This document shows, piece after piece, positions 29,161 through 55,338 of a stretch of 64,000 bases of DNA (position 1 is its first letter; each line of letters opens with the position of its first letter). Source of the stretch: the human T2T-CHM13v2.0 reference genome, Homo sapiens; assembly GCF_009914755.1 (NCBI RefSeq), contig NC_060929.1; one strand, given 5' to 3'. The notes under the pieces are model-generated. The model saw only the letters and a program-made list of their open reading frames with translations. It did not search any database and had not been told where the DNA came from. Both the position numbers and the translations under genes were made by a program.

Positions 29161-29212
29161 TTTCTTTCTCTCTTTCTCTTTTTCTTTCTTTCTTCTTTTT
29201 TTTTCTTTTTTT
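29071..29212. repeat. (CTTT)n/CT-rich microsatellite in an AluJ tail
   Basis: Direct reading. Confidence 0.9.
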
Positions 29213-30411
29213 GAAACAGGGTCTCACGCTGTTACCCAGGCTGGAATGCAGTGGCACAGTCATGGCTCTCTGCAGCCTCAAACTCCGAGGCTCGAGCAAT
29301 CTTCCTGACTCAGCCTCCTGGGTAGCTGGGACTACAGGCACACACCACCACATCTGGCTAATTAAAAAAAAAATTTTTTTTTTGTAGAGATCAGCTCTCA
29401 CTGTATTGCCCAGGCTGGTCTTGAACCCTTGGACACAAGTGATCCTCCTGCCTCAGCCTCCCAAAATGTTGGGATTACAGGTATGAGCCACTGCATCAGG
29501 TCCACAAGTACTTTCTTAACCACTTGGTGTTTTATAGACTGCTTTGATGATAAAGGTCCTATAGACTTTCCTGCCCTATGACCTTATAGAACTCCAGGGC
29601 AGGCATTTTCTGTGTATTCTTTCTTGGAGATTATTATGGGCTGTTCTCATGTTTTTTCTAAGGATGATCATATCTGGGATCCTCAGTTCATTCTTCCAAA
29701 GAAAGAGACCTATTTCCCCATAATGCACTGGTTTATTTTATTTCAATAATATTCTTCTACTTGGTTCCCTATTATATATTCAAAAGAGGAATATTCCGAT
29801 CAACCACTAAAATTTTGCATGCCATCTAATGAGATTTAGCAGAATACGAAGAGGCTGAGAAAATACTCTTATTCTATTAAAATGAAACAAACTAATCTGA
29901 ATCAACCATGATGTGTTTGCTTCATTACTTGATTTTCACAACAGTTCTATGAAGCACACTGAGATGTTTTCTCCTCTTACAGAGGAAATAACAGAATTTC
30001 AGGGAGTTAAAGTGACTTGCTTAAAGTCACACAAATTAGAAGTCGCAGAGTTAAGACTGGAACTTGCATCTTCCTGAGTGTCCTTTTCAAAACATCACTG
30101 TATTTCCCCCAGTAATTCATCTGGAGCTCTAGCTTACAAAAAACACCAATTGTGCAAAAAATATATGTACAAGAATATTCACTGTAGCATTGTTCATAAG
30201 AGTGAAAACTTAAGGACTACCTAAACATTCAACCATAGGAGATTATTTGAATAAATTTAAATAAATTATGACATATCCATGTTATGAAACACTAAGCAGC
30301 TATATAAAACAACATATATAGGTATACACACACAGTGACAAGGAAGACTATATTGTTCAATTTAAAAAGCAAGTTGTAGAAGAATATGGATAGTATAATT
30401 CCATGTTTATG

Positions 30412-31956
<1,545 letters not shown>

Positions 31957-32152
31957 TATACAAGGAAAAAAACTTACAAATTAGTATGTCTGTGCATTAA
32001 AAAGTCTGGAAAAACCCACAGCAAACTTAACAATGACAATCCTTGGGTAGGATAGTTGAGAGTGGGAGAGAAGAAGGTATGTAACTCCAACCTACATTGT
32101 TTACATTTTTATAACATTATACAATACTTTGTACGTTAATCAAATGTTTTAA

Positions 32153-32439
<287 letters not shown>

Positions 32440-32594
32440 TGAGCCACCGTGCCTGGTGAATTACTAAAATTTTTTAGAAGTTAGACCAGGCACAATGGCT
32501 CTCACCTATAATCCCAACATTTTGGGAGGCTGAAGTGAGAGGATCGCTTAAGCCCAAGAATTTGAGACCAGCCTGGGCAATGAGTGAGTCCCTA

Positions 32595-32786
<192 letters not shown>

Positions 32787-33271
32787 TTAAAAAGTTTATT
32801 GAAACCTTGTTTTGTGTGTGCTCAGCACTCTGCCAGGGGTTAGAGAACTCACAAGGAAGTTCTCTTGAGGAACTTGGAATCTGGTTAGAGAGAAAAGCAG
32901 AACTTAGAGAATGATATAAGACAACAGCTGGAAAAAATGACCAAAAAGTGTACAGTCAGATGCCTTGAATAAGTTATTACATTTTCGGTTGTAATAAAAA
33001 ATGAAAACATCCTTACGTAGATTACATTCTCTGCAGGAGGTTTTTTACAATGCAAATTGTCTCAGGTTCCAAGTTTTCTTACACTGGGACCTAGTCCAAC
33101 TTTGAGTATCACTAAAAATCATAAATTGCTCAGTATCAGCTGGGCCAATTAAGCTGGAGTAATCTGTCCTCCATTGTATATCATTTATAGTTCTCAAAGA
33201 CAGAATTTGGCTTGTCTGATGTCACTTGACAACAATAAGAATGGGGCTACTGGAGAGTAATTGGGTGAAGC

Positions 33272-33929
<658 letters not shown>

Positions 33930-33954
33930 AAGCCACCTCAGAAGCACTTGGTAT

Positions 33955-33959
<5 letters not shown>

Positions 33960-33995
<36 letters not shown>
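33960..33995. repeat. (TG)n microsatellite
   Basis: About 17 TG units. Confidence 0.95.
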
Positions 33996-33997
<2 letters not shown>

Positions 33998-34226
33998 ATG
34001 AGGCCTCCCTGATGTTATGTTCACATTACTTTGACTGGATTTTGGATGCTTGCAAAACTTTTTTATTTTTATTTCTTCGAGATGGGGTCTCACTCTGTTG
34101 CCCAGGCTGGAGTGCAGCGGCACTATCACGGCTCACTGTAGCCTGGACCTCCAGGGCTTAAGCAATCTTCTATCTCAGCCTCCCAAGTAGCTGGGACTGC
34201 AGGCATGCACCACCATGGTCAGCTAA

Positions 34227-34532
<306 letters not shown>

Positions 34533-36149
34533 TAGTAGATATAGGGTTTCACCATGTTAGCCAGGATGGTCTCTATCTCCTGACCTCGTGATCTGCCCGC
34601 CTCGGCCTCCCAAAGTGCTGGGATTATAGGCGTGAGCCACCGTGCCCGGCCGCCTTGTAAAACTTAAATCACACATTAACTGAAAAATCTCTTAGGATTT
34701 GTAATTTCCAATTTTAAAGAATTTTGTTATTATGCGTAACATACACATTCATTATACTAATAAATGAACACCAAAGGTACCCTCCCCCAACTTAAGATAA
34801 GAACTAGAATATCACCAATATGTCCCATTCTCTGTTTCTTCACTCTCTCATTCCTCTCCTTTTCTCCCTTTCACCCATGGGTGTCTGCTACTCTGAGTTT
34901 TGTATTTATCATTCCCATGCTTTTAAAATACTTTACCATAAAAGGATGTATCCCTAAACAACAACTTTTTTAGTTTTGCATATATTTTAAGCCTTATATA
35001 ACTGGGATCATATAGATCTTTTCTCCTACATCTTATTCTTCCCACACTTAACATACAGGTTTATGAAGTTCATCCATGTTGACATAAGTAGCTGTAATTT
35101 ATTTTCACTGCTCTATTGTATTCTCTTTTACAAATAAAGCACAATTTATTCATTGAGTTTCTTGTCAAGGAATATAGGAGTTACCAGCTTTTGGTATTTG
35201 AAGTAATGCTGGCATTGACATAATTATACATCTCCTTGGTAGGAATTTCTTTTTTTTTTTTTTTTTTTTTTTGAGTTGGAGTCTCACTCTGTCACCCAGA
35301 CTGGAGTGCAGTGGGGCGATCTCAGCTCACTGTAGCCTCTGCCTCCTGGGTTCAAGCGATTCTTCTGCCTCAGACTCCTAAGTAGCTGGGATTACAGGTG
35401 CCCGCCACCACGCCTGGCTAATTTTTGTAGTTTTAGTAGAGACAAGGTTTCTCCATGTTGGCCAGGCTGGTCTCAAACTCCTGACCTCAAGTGATCCGCC
35501 CACCTCGGCCTCCCAAAGTGCTGGGATTACAGACGTGAGCCACAGTGCCTGCCCAACAATGTATAATTTCACCAGAAGTATTTAAGGAGTCTCACTGATC
35601 CACATCCTTATCAATACTTTATATTGGCCTATTTTTAAATTTCTGCCAGGTATTTTATAAATACATTCTGCAGACAGCTGAACATATATTTATATTTTTA
35701 TTTTCCCTGATGTCATTTTTGGGTTCAACTTTAACCTCAGTTTGAAGGTATCTTTTCGTCATGTCTTTATACACCTACACTTCTTACCTATCATTTTAAA
35801 TAAATCTACTTTCTAGATGCCGAGTAAAGTGCTGTATGATGGTTAGGTTGATTGATTAATAACATTAATGATTCGCCAGCATGGCATCATCTGGGTAGTG
35901 CACTGGTACAATTCGTTGTCTTCAGCATTCCTTGTATCCCCTTTGCCTCAGTTCTATTTATCCTCCTCCCCAAAACATCAAGTTATTTCCTGGAGGATCA
36001 AGCTCTTGTGACTTCCATGCTGCATTATCTAAAAGAAACTGGCCTCCAAAGTTTAAGTATAATTTTAATATCAAGATATATATTTTTGGTATGTGTTTAG
36101 AATTTGGAGCCACTCACTGAATTCTGCAATTGCTGAAACTAAAATCTAA

Positions 36150-36692
<543 letters not shown>

Positions 36693-37896
36693 TAGCCAGG
36701 ATGGTCTGGATCTCCTGACCTCGTGATCCGCCCGCCTCTGCCTCCCAAAGTGTTGGGATTACAAGCATGAGCCACGGCGCCCAGCCCAACTCGGCAATTA
36801 TTTCTTAGAGACCTACTTTATCAGTGTAATGCTGAAGTCCAACTTCAGGTTCTCTCCTTATGGTAGCAACCACGTTGTTCAGGTACACATTTCACAGTGA
36901 ATAAGAGAATAATTCCTACTTGGTGATCGTATGCATATTCACAGTTTCACTGGAAAACAAAGGGTCTGGTAAGTTTTTTTGTGGGGCGGCTGGTGGTGGG
37001 AGTTAAGGAGTCATGGGTATTAGTAGTGGTTAAGGCTAAACATAATAATACTCAAGAAAAGATGAACTAGGTCTCTGAATTGAAATTCAATCATTTTTAA
37101 TAGGTACTATTAAATTCTTATTAACACAGTATTAATAATACTAGGTATTCATGATTAACACTAAATTCTTAATAAGATTAAGAATGTAATCCTCACAACA
37201 AAGAGGTAAGTACTATTATTATCTTCATGTAGATGAGGAAAGGGAGATGCAGAGATGTTAAAAGTAACTTGCCCAAGGATCTGGGGCAATGGCTGCAATG
37301 ATATAGCAAATATAGAGATAAAATACAAAGGCAAATAGATTTTTTGTTTTTGAATGATGTCAAGACTTTGAAGTTCTTTTTCTTTCCTTATTTTATTTTA
37401 ATCACATTTCTATTTTCTGTAAACCCCATTCTAAAGCCCTATTCTTAGATTTCTGGCAGCTTGGACATCTACCCAGATGATTGGTATTTCAGTCTTTTTT
37501 CTTTTCAAAGTACTTACTTGTAGGTGGCAGTGTTAGTTTCAAACTCTGCTTTGCATTTTTCTGGGGAAGATTAGAAAAAGCCATCTGGTTAGCATCAACC
37601 TAAAAAATTCTTCTCTGAGTGGAACTTCCTTAAGAAGAAATTGTAAGAGAAGAGAGTGTGGTATAAAGCTAGGCAGAAGACAAATAGAAACATTTAGAAA
37701 CAGAAGCATTAAATTCTGATACCTGGCCGTGGAAGGTGGCTCACACCTGTAATCCCAGCATTTTGGGAGGCTGAGTGGGGTGGAGCACCTGAGATAAGGA
37801 GGTTGAGACCAGCCTGGCCAACAAGGTGAAACCCCGTCTCTACTAAAAATACAAAAATCAGCTGGGTGTGGTGGTGCATGCCTGTAATCCCAGCTA

Positions 37897-38065
<169 letters not shown>

Positions 38066-38069
38066 TTAA

Positions 38070-38324
<255 letters not shown>

Positions 38325-39244
38325 TGATCCGCCTGCCTCCCAAAGTGCTGGGATTACAGGCGTGAGCCACCATGCCTGGCCCAGTCCTTTTCTTCACTTT
38401 ATCTTTTGAGGAAAGGTTTTTTTGAATGAAACCTTGCTCCTTGATAACATTTTTCTAGCTCTTGAGGTTTAACCTTGTTCACATACAACTTGTTTCGTCT
38501 TGAATTTTGGGCTTTTTTCTATTTAGCTGTCTTTTATATTCAGGTTTTCATTACTGCCACCTCCACCTCCCACATGGTGATATTCTTGATGTAGCTATTG
38601 GCATAGACCAGAATCTGGCGAATTGGTGGTGTTCGGTACTAAATATCTGTTGATCAACGGAATGAACAAATGAATGAATGAATGAAGACCTTCTCAGGAA
38701 AAGAAACAAGATAAAAGCGAGTAAATGTGAAATATATCCTTACTGATATATTTTGTGTTTATGATATTGATTTTATTCTTTTACATAACCCTAGAATTTA
38801 TTAACCTTTACATAATCATAAAAAGTCTACAGATTCGTATAATTTCAGGACTCAGCTTAGGAAAATCAAATGCTAACCTAAAAGGGACTATTAGTTCAGT
38901 GAGAAGACTTATTTTGGTCAAACTAACTCATTTAATTGCAGTTATTCTTTTTTGTTACCTTTATTAATTGCAGTTATTCTATCTAGTTATTTGGAACCTA
39001 CCACTAAGAAAGATTTTTTTAGATTCTCACTGCCTAGGAAATTACTCTTCTAATTGCAGAATTTGTCTTGTACTCTGAATTCTTTAGAATACTATCTTAA
39101 ATTGTATGATTCCTTACAGTTTTCAAAGTAATAAAAGTTAAGAACTGTGATATTATTCTGGGCCACATTGAATCATATGTTCAATAAATATCCCTTGATG
39201 ACAAAAAAAAGAAAGAAAAAATGAGATATCAATTTGCATTTATT

Positions 39245-43067
<3,823 letters not shown>

Positions 43068-43729
43068 TAGTAGAAATGAGGTTTCATCGTGTTGGCCAGG
43101 CTGATCTCAAACTCCTGGCCTCAAGTGATCATCCTGCCTCAGCCTCCCAAAGTGCTGGGATTACAGATGTGAGCCATTGCACACGGACTGAATTTTATTT
43201 ATTTACTTTTTTTCTTAATACATTTCTGTATTTTCCAATTTTTCTCTAAGAAGACTTCATTCTTACAGTCTTAGAAAACAATAAATTCTATTTAACCCCC
43301 ACCCCACCTAATCATCCATTAATCACTCCATACAAATGAGTACTCAAATTTATACTTTATTACAGTAATTCCTGACAGCAGTAATTTCAACTTGAAATTT
43401 CCAGAGATTCTTTCCAGGTGAATGAACAGAGAACTACGTTCACAGTATAGTCATGTAGAATTTGCAATTGCCTTCTTTGATTGTGTTGTCTATTCTCAGG
43501 CAATATCTAAGTTGAAATTACATGCTGACATACTTAAAATGATGTAGTGCATATTAATTTATTTCCTTTTCTATCTTTAATACATCTTTTTTTAACATGT
43601 AAAATGAAGAGTACAGATAGTTGCCAAACTGCATCTTAGCTCTTATACTGTAGTATCATTAGCTGAGATTGTTATATAATAAATTCATTAGAGATAGCTT
43701 GTGCAACAGTATGTTTTGAATTCCTATGA

Positions 43730-43852
<123 letters not shown>

Positions 43853-43855
43853 TGA

Positions 43856-44407
<552 letters not shown>

Positions 44408-44585
44408 TGAGTAGCTGGGACTACAGGCGCGTGCCATCACGCCCAGCTAATTTTTTGTATTTTTAGTAGAGATGGGGTTTCACCGTGTTAGCCAGGATGG
44501 TCTCGATCTGCTGACGCTGTGATCCGCCCACCTCGGCCTCCCAAAGTTCTGGGATTACGGGCGTGAGCCACTGTACCTGGCCTAA

Positions 44586-44744
<159 letters not shown>

Positions 44745-45109
44745 TAGCTTCCCTCTTGTTGCCCAGGCTGGAGTGCAATGGCACGATCTCAGCTCACTGC
44801 AACCTCCCGAGGCAGAGGTTGCAGTGAGCTGAGATCGTGCCATTGCACTCCAGCCTGGACAACAATTCAAGCGATTCTCCTGCCTCAGCCTCTTGAGTAG
44901 CTGGGATGACAGGCACCCACCACTACGCTCAGCTAATTTTTGTATTTTAGAGATGGGATTTCGCTATGTTGGCCAGACTGGTCTTGAACTCTGATCTCAG
45001 GTGATCCACCCCCCTCAGCCTCCCAAAGTGCTGGGATTACAGGCATGGACCACTGAGGCTGGCCATTTTCTTTTAAAAGACTGTTTTCAACTGCTCTGAA
45101 GGGAGCCAG

Positions 45110-46205
45110 TATAACTTGGTAGTTAAGCAGTTAAAAATAACAAGCTTGGAAACAAACAAACCTGTTTGTATCCTAGCTGTAGCTTTAAATTATTGTCAGG
45201 CCTTGGGCAGTTTACTTTATAGCTCTTATCTTCAGCTTTGCCATTTGCAAAACAGGGGAAATAATGGAACTCCTTTTGTAAAATTGGTTGTGAGGAATAA
45301 TGACATGTGTACATAAAGTGCTTTGCATCCCGTTTGGTCGAGCAATGTTTATGGAGTACCAACCCTGTGGCAGGCATTGTGCCAAGCTCCTGCTTATCTC
45401 AGTACTGCTTTCTTTCTTATCTCAAATTTTCACCTAACTTCTACTCTTCAAGGAAAGGTTCCCCTGAACCCTCTGAGTTAGTGCAGTTAGTTCAGGTTCT
45501 CCATGAAGTGAATGCCAAGAAGAGACATGGACGTATGAATGTACCAATGCGCACTCATGCACAAAGGAAGTAGAACTCCCAGATCTTGTAAATTCCCTCC
45601 AGTTTACTCAGTGGGCATATTCTTCTACCTTCTCTCTTCTGGGCCAAGAGAGCCCTGTAGGCTGGTTAGCATCTCTCTAAACAATCTGCCTCCCCACTCC
45701 CATCTCCTTTTGAAAAAGCAACATTTTCAGCAGACATAACAGAAGCATGTTGGGTATACAGGAATAGGGATGTAAATTAACAAATCCAGGATGAAGGAAC
45801 CTAGAATTAGCTGTAGAATGATTGCAAATCACAGAAGAGCTTGCATGCCAAATACAAAATAAAAAATCACAAAAACCACATCAAAAGTCCCCAAGTCCCT
45901 CACTACTACCCTTCTTTGCTGATTCTGCCCCAAGGTTTGGGGTTGAGTGTGGGAGGAGGCTACGCTCTGCTGGGGGAGAAGGCATGGAGCGCCGGAGTCA
46001 GGCTATCTCTAAATTCAAAGCTTGTCTTTGGCATTATTTGTGGGACATTGAACAAGTTGCTTGGCTGGAGATTCAGTGTTCTCACCCATAAATTGGAGAT
46101 AATTATAGTAGCTCTATTAGAGGGCTGTTAATCAGATTATAAAGGGTAATTGATGTAAAATGCTTAGCAAGGTGCCTGGCATATAGTAAGCTCCCAGTAA
46201 ATCTC
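45110..46205 (+). mobile_element. Two MIR relics (45110-45320, 45990-46205); others at ~28730, ~29950, ~37200, ~63460
   Basis: MIR core motifs ccttgggcagttt...ctcagctt..catttgcaaaa..ggaaataat, and aaaatgcttagcaaggtgcctggcatatagtaagct. Confidence 0.65.
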
Positions 46206-46360
46206 TCTACTATCAATTTTTTCAGGGCATCTGCAATACCCTACCTACTTAAGCCATTTTCAAAATGTGATCCACAGACATTTTCAGGCATCATGATGTC
46301 AAAAACTATATAAAAATACTTAGAATTGGCCAGGCATGATAGCTCATGCCTGTAATCTCA

Positions 46361-46606
<246 letters not shown>

Positions 46607-46957
46607 TCAAAAAAGAAAAAAATAACACTAAGAGTTTATTTACTGTTTTTCGTGTTAAAATTGGCTTTGATGGTTCAAAAGCAAACTATTGCAGATCACA
46701 ATGTGATATCACTCTACAACTACCAAGATTGCTATAAGAAAAAAGACAGTTATAAGCATTGATGAGGATGTGGAGAAATTGAAACACTCACAGGCTGCTG
46801 ATGTTAATGTAAAATAGTGCAGCCACTTTGGCAAACAGTTTGGTAGTTCCTCAAAAAATTAAACATAGTGTTACCCTATGACCTAAAAATTTAACTCCTA
46901 GGTATATACCCAAGATAGTTGAAAACATGTTTAAACAGAAACTTATACATGAATGTT

Positions 46958-47324
46958 TGTATTAGTCTGTTCTCACACTGCTATAAACCTGAGACTGGGT
47001 AATTTATAAAGGAAAGAGGTTTAATTGCCTCACAGATGCACATGGGTGCAGGAGCCTGAGGAAACTTACACTCATGGTGGAAGGTGAAGGGAAAGCAAGA
47101 GCCTTCTTCATGTGCTGGCAGGAGAGAGAAGAGTGAGTGGAGGAACTTGCCAAACACTTATAAAACCATGAGATCTCATGAAAACTCACTCACTGTCACA
47201 AGAATAGCACGGGAAAAACTGCCCCCATGATCCAATCACCTCCCAGCAATTTCCTCCCTCAACAACTGGGGATTATAATTCAAGATGAGATTTGTGGGGG
47301 AAGGAGGGAAGCCTAACCATATCA
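46958..47324 (-). mobile_element. MSTA-like MaLR solo LTR inside an L1MB fragment (~46735-47430)
   Basis: tgtattagtctgttctcacactgc...cctaaccatatca, with a perfect 5-bp TSD ATGTT. Confidence 0.85.
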
Positions 47325-47431
47325 ATGTTTATAGCAGCATTATTTATAATAGCCAAAAAGTAGAAACAACGCTAATGTCCATCACCTGATGAATGGATAA
47401 ACAAAGTGTGCTATACCCTATAATAGAATAT

Positions 47432-47616
47432 TGGGCTGATAATACTTTTCGGTGGGAGAGGGGGCACTGTCCTATGCATTGTTAGGATGTTTAGCAGAAT
47501 CCATGGTTTCTACTCCTTAGATGTCAGTAGTAACTCTCTCCTCTTAAGTCGTGATAGCCAAAAATATCATTGCCAAATGTCCCGAGGACAAAGTCACCTC
47601 CAGTTGAATACCACTG
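47432..47616. mobile_element. MER20 hAT MITE
   Basis: gggggcactgtcctatgcattgttaggatgtttagcag...cattgccaaatgtccc...ccagttgaataccactg. Confidence 0.8.
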
Positions 47617-47619
47617 ATA

Positions 47620-48915
<1,296 letters not shown>

Positions 48916-48919
48916 GTTT

Positions 48920-52742
<3,823 letters not shown>

Positions 52743-52759
52743 TATACCATGTTAACACC

Positions 52760-53855
52760 CTACAAAAGAAAGCCTAAGTAGCTGTAATACTATCAGACAA
52801 AATATACTTCAGAGCAAAGAACATTATCAGCAAAGAGGAGGGTCATTTGTAAAGTGGATAATTTCATAATAATGAAACTTTCATAAAGGATAAATTCATA
52901 CAAATAAGAGAATAACTATGTTTATGCAACTAATAGCTGAGCTGCAAAGTACATGAAGCAGAAATTGATAGAACTACAATTGAAAAAAACCAGTAATAGT
53001 CAGAAATTTCAATACTCTCAATAATTAGTAGAATAAGTAGACAGTAAATCAGAAAGGATATAGATTTGAACACTAATATCAACCAACTTGACATGATTGA
53101 CATTTATAGAACACTCCATGCAACAACTGCAAAAAACACATTCATTTCAAATGCACAGTGAGTATTTACCAAGACAGACTATATACTCTGGGCCACAGAA
53201 CAAGTGTCAATAAGTTTAAAATTATTAATAGTGTACGAAGTACCTTCTCTGATCACAATGGGATTAAATCAGAAATCAGTAACAGGCAGCTACCTGGAAA
53301 ACTCCTCCACATTTGCAGACCAACACTTACAAAAAACCCATGGTCAAAAAAAGAAAGCAATAGGGAAATTACAAAGTATTTTGAAATGAAGGAAAATGAA
53401 AATACAATATATCAAAATATGTGGAATGTAGCTAAAACAGTATAGAGGGACACTTATCACACCAAATGCCTGTACAAACAAGAGACATCTAAAATTAATG
53501 GTCATCAGTTTCTGAGTTAAGAAACTAGAGAAACAAAACAAGAAATTTAAAAATTAAAAAATAGCAGAGTAAAGGAAACAATAAACATAAGAGCAGAAAT
53601 CAATAAAATAGAAAACAGAAAACCAGTAGAGAAAATCCAAGAAAGCAAAAACGGGCTTTGAGATTTGAGATCCGTAAACCGAGAAGCCCCTCACCAGATC
53701 GATCAGAAAAAAAGATGACACACAAATTACCAATTTCAGAACCTGAGGGGTCAGATTTTATAGACATTAAGTGGACAATAAAGGAATACAGCTAACAGAT
53801 TTGCATTATTAAACAATTTAGACATTTCTACAAATTATTAAAGCTCACTCAAGAG
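52760..53855 (+). mobile_element. L1 ORF2 endonuclease-region segment, sense orientation
   Basis: Degenerate ORF2p (ISDKI.F.., LGHRTSVNKFK..STFSDHNGIKSEI, YFEMKENENTIYQNMWNVAK). Confidence 0.85.
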
Positions 53856-53931
53856 GCGATATCAATAAATATTTGTTGAATTAGTGAATACCAGCTATTA
53901 CTATGGGCAAGGCGCTAAGTCCAGGCTTTAG

Positions 53932-54072
<141 letters not shown>

Positions 54073-54598
54073 TGAGTAGCGGGGTTACAGGCGCACGCCA
54101 CCAAGCTCGGCTAATTTTTGTATTTTTAGTAAAGATGGGGTTTCACCATGTTGGCCAGGCTGGTCTCGAACTCCTGACCTCGTGATCCGCCCGCCTCAGC
54201 CTCCCAAAGTGCTAGGATTACAGGGGTGAGCCACCGCGTCCGGCCAAAGAAAGCATTTTCCTTCCAAAGAAGCTCTCAGGTTACTGGAGGGGCAAAAGAA
54301 CAGATAAAGTTTAATGTTGCTCCGGGGGAGAAGATTAGGGGAACACTGGTTAAAGAAAGGCTTCTCTGGGGACAAGTCACTCGGCCAACACACGAAGGAC
54401 CCACAGAAAACGTCTGTTACAGCTAGAACGGCTGCACGTGAGTTCAGGCAAGGGGCCCAGAAGTGGCCCTCCGGCGACTGCCTGCTCCACCCCTCTTAGT
54501 GCAGTCCTAACCCTTTCCCAACTTGTGCTGGCAGCAGTTAAGAAACTCCTTTCAAATCCGGCTGTCTTGCGCCTGCGCATTCAAGCAAAGCGCTCATA

Positions 54599-54662
54599 GG
54601 CGGGGTGGGGGGGGTGGGGGGGGTTGGGGGGTGGGGGGGGTTGGGGGGTGGGAGGGAGGCGG
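54599..54662 (+). repeat. G-rich tract / predicted G-quadruplex
   Basis: G runs of 4, 8, 8, 6, 8, 6, 3 and 3 separated by 1-2 nt loops (54602-54656). Confidence 0.85.
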
Positions 54663-54729
54663 CCACCGGAAGTGTGACCTTTCGCTCCCCGCTGCCTATT
54701 CTCATCCGGGGTCACGTCGGTCTTCCGGG

Positions 54730-55032
54730 TGTCTTTGACAGGGTTTTCTACGCCGCTTTTTCGGCGACTTTTTGCTCTTCCGCTTTTTGCCACCGCCCCC
54801 AACCTTCTATATCCTTGCAGCCCCTACCTTTTCTTGTGTTGCTCCTCCCCTGGCAGCCGTGAGGGGGGTTAGATCTCAGCCGGAGCCGGAGCTGGGCCTA
54901 GCTGTCCCACGGGCCACCACTACCTCCTTTGGTTCGGGAGAAAGCTACGACCAAGTACGCCCAGCTCGGGCCTTAGAACTTCTGAACGGGCAGTGCGGGT
55001 AGGCCCTGCTTAGCCCTTCCCGGAGGACACCT
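54730..55032 (+). other. TENT2: TENT2 non-coding first exon (TSS approximate; candidate donors after 54998 and 55032)
   Basis: Lies directly downstream of the promoter motifs and is CpG-rich and ATG-free. Donor-like CGG|gtaggc (54999) and CCT|gtgagt (55033). The exact TSS cannot be read from sequence. Confidence 0.65.
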
Positions 55033-55273
55033 GTGAGTTTAGGGGGTTTCGGAGAGGAACGCAGCAGTGTAGGCCCAGGTCGGCGGCGGGGCACGGGAAA
55101 CTTTTCCGAAACGGTAGCGTTTTGTTTTGCGTGGGAGGTTCCAGCAGTATCTCTTGGTTATTCCAAATTTATGGGCGGCATCTGGGCTGCTGTACATTTT
55201 GAAGAATCTTAGGACCGCTTACTTTGCTTACTCGTTTTCTATTCCTCGCGTACTGCCTCGTCCACCACTCCAG

Positions 55274-55338
55274 GACCAAAAGAGGAAGATAGTCTTGGGA
55301 CCCTTGCATGGTGTTTCAAAGGGTGGTGAAGAACTAAG
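55274..55338 (+). other. TENT2: Candidate alternative 5'UTR exon of TENT2
   Basis: Long pyrimidine tract ending ccactccag|G at 55273/74 and strong donor AAG|gtacgt at 55338/39. It could instead be the end of an alternative first exon. Confidence 0.5.

Larger units (their letters stand above)
54400..55270 (+). promoter_or_regulatory. CpG-island-type TATA-less promoter of TENT2
   Basis: The only non-repeat CpG-dense stretch in the window. NRF1 TGCGCCTGCGCA 54568-54579, ETS/GABPA ACCGGAAGTG 54665-54674, reverse CTTCCGG 54722-54728, GTCACGTC (CRE/E-box-like) 54711-54718. Confidence 0.85.
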
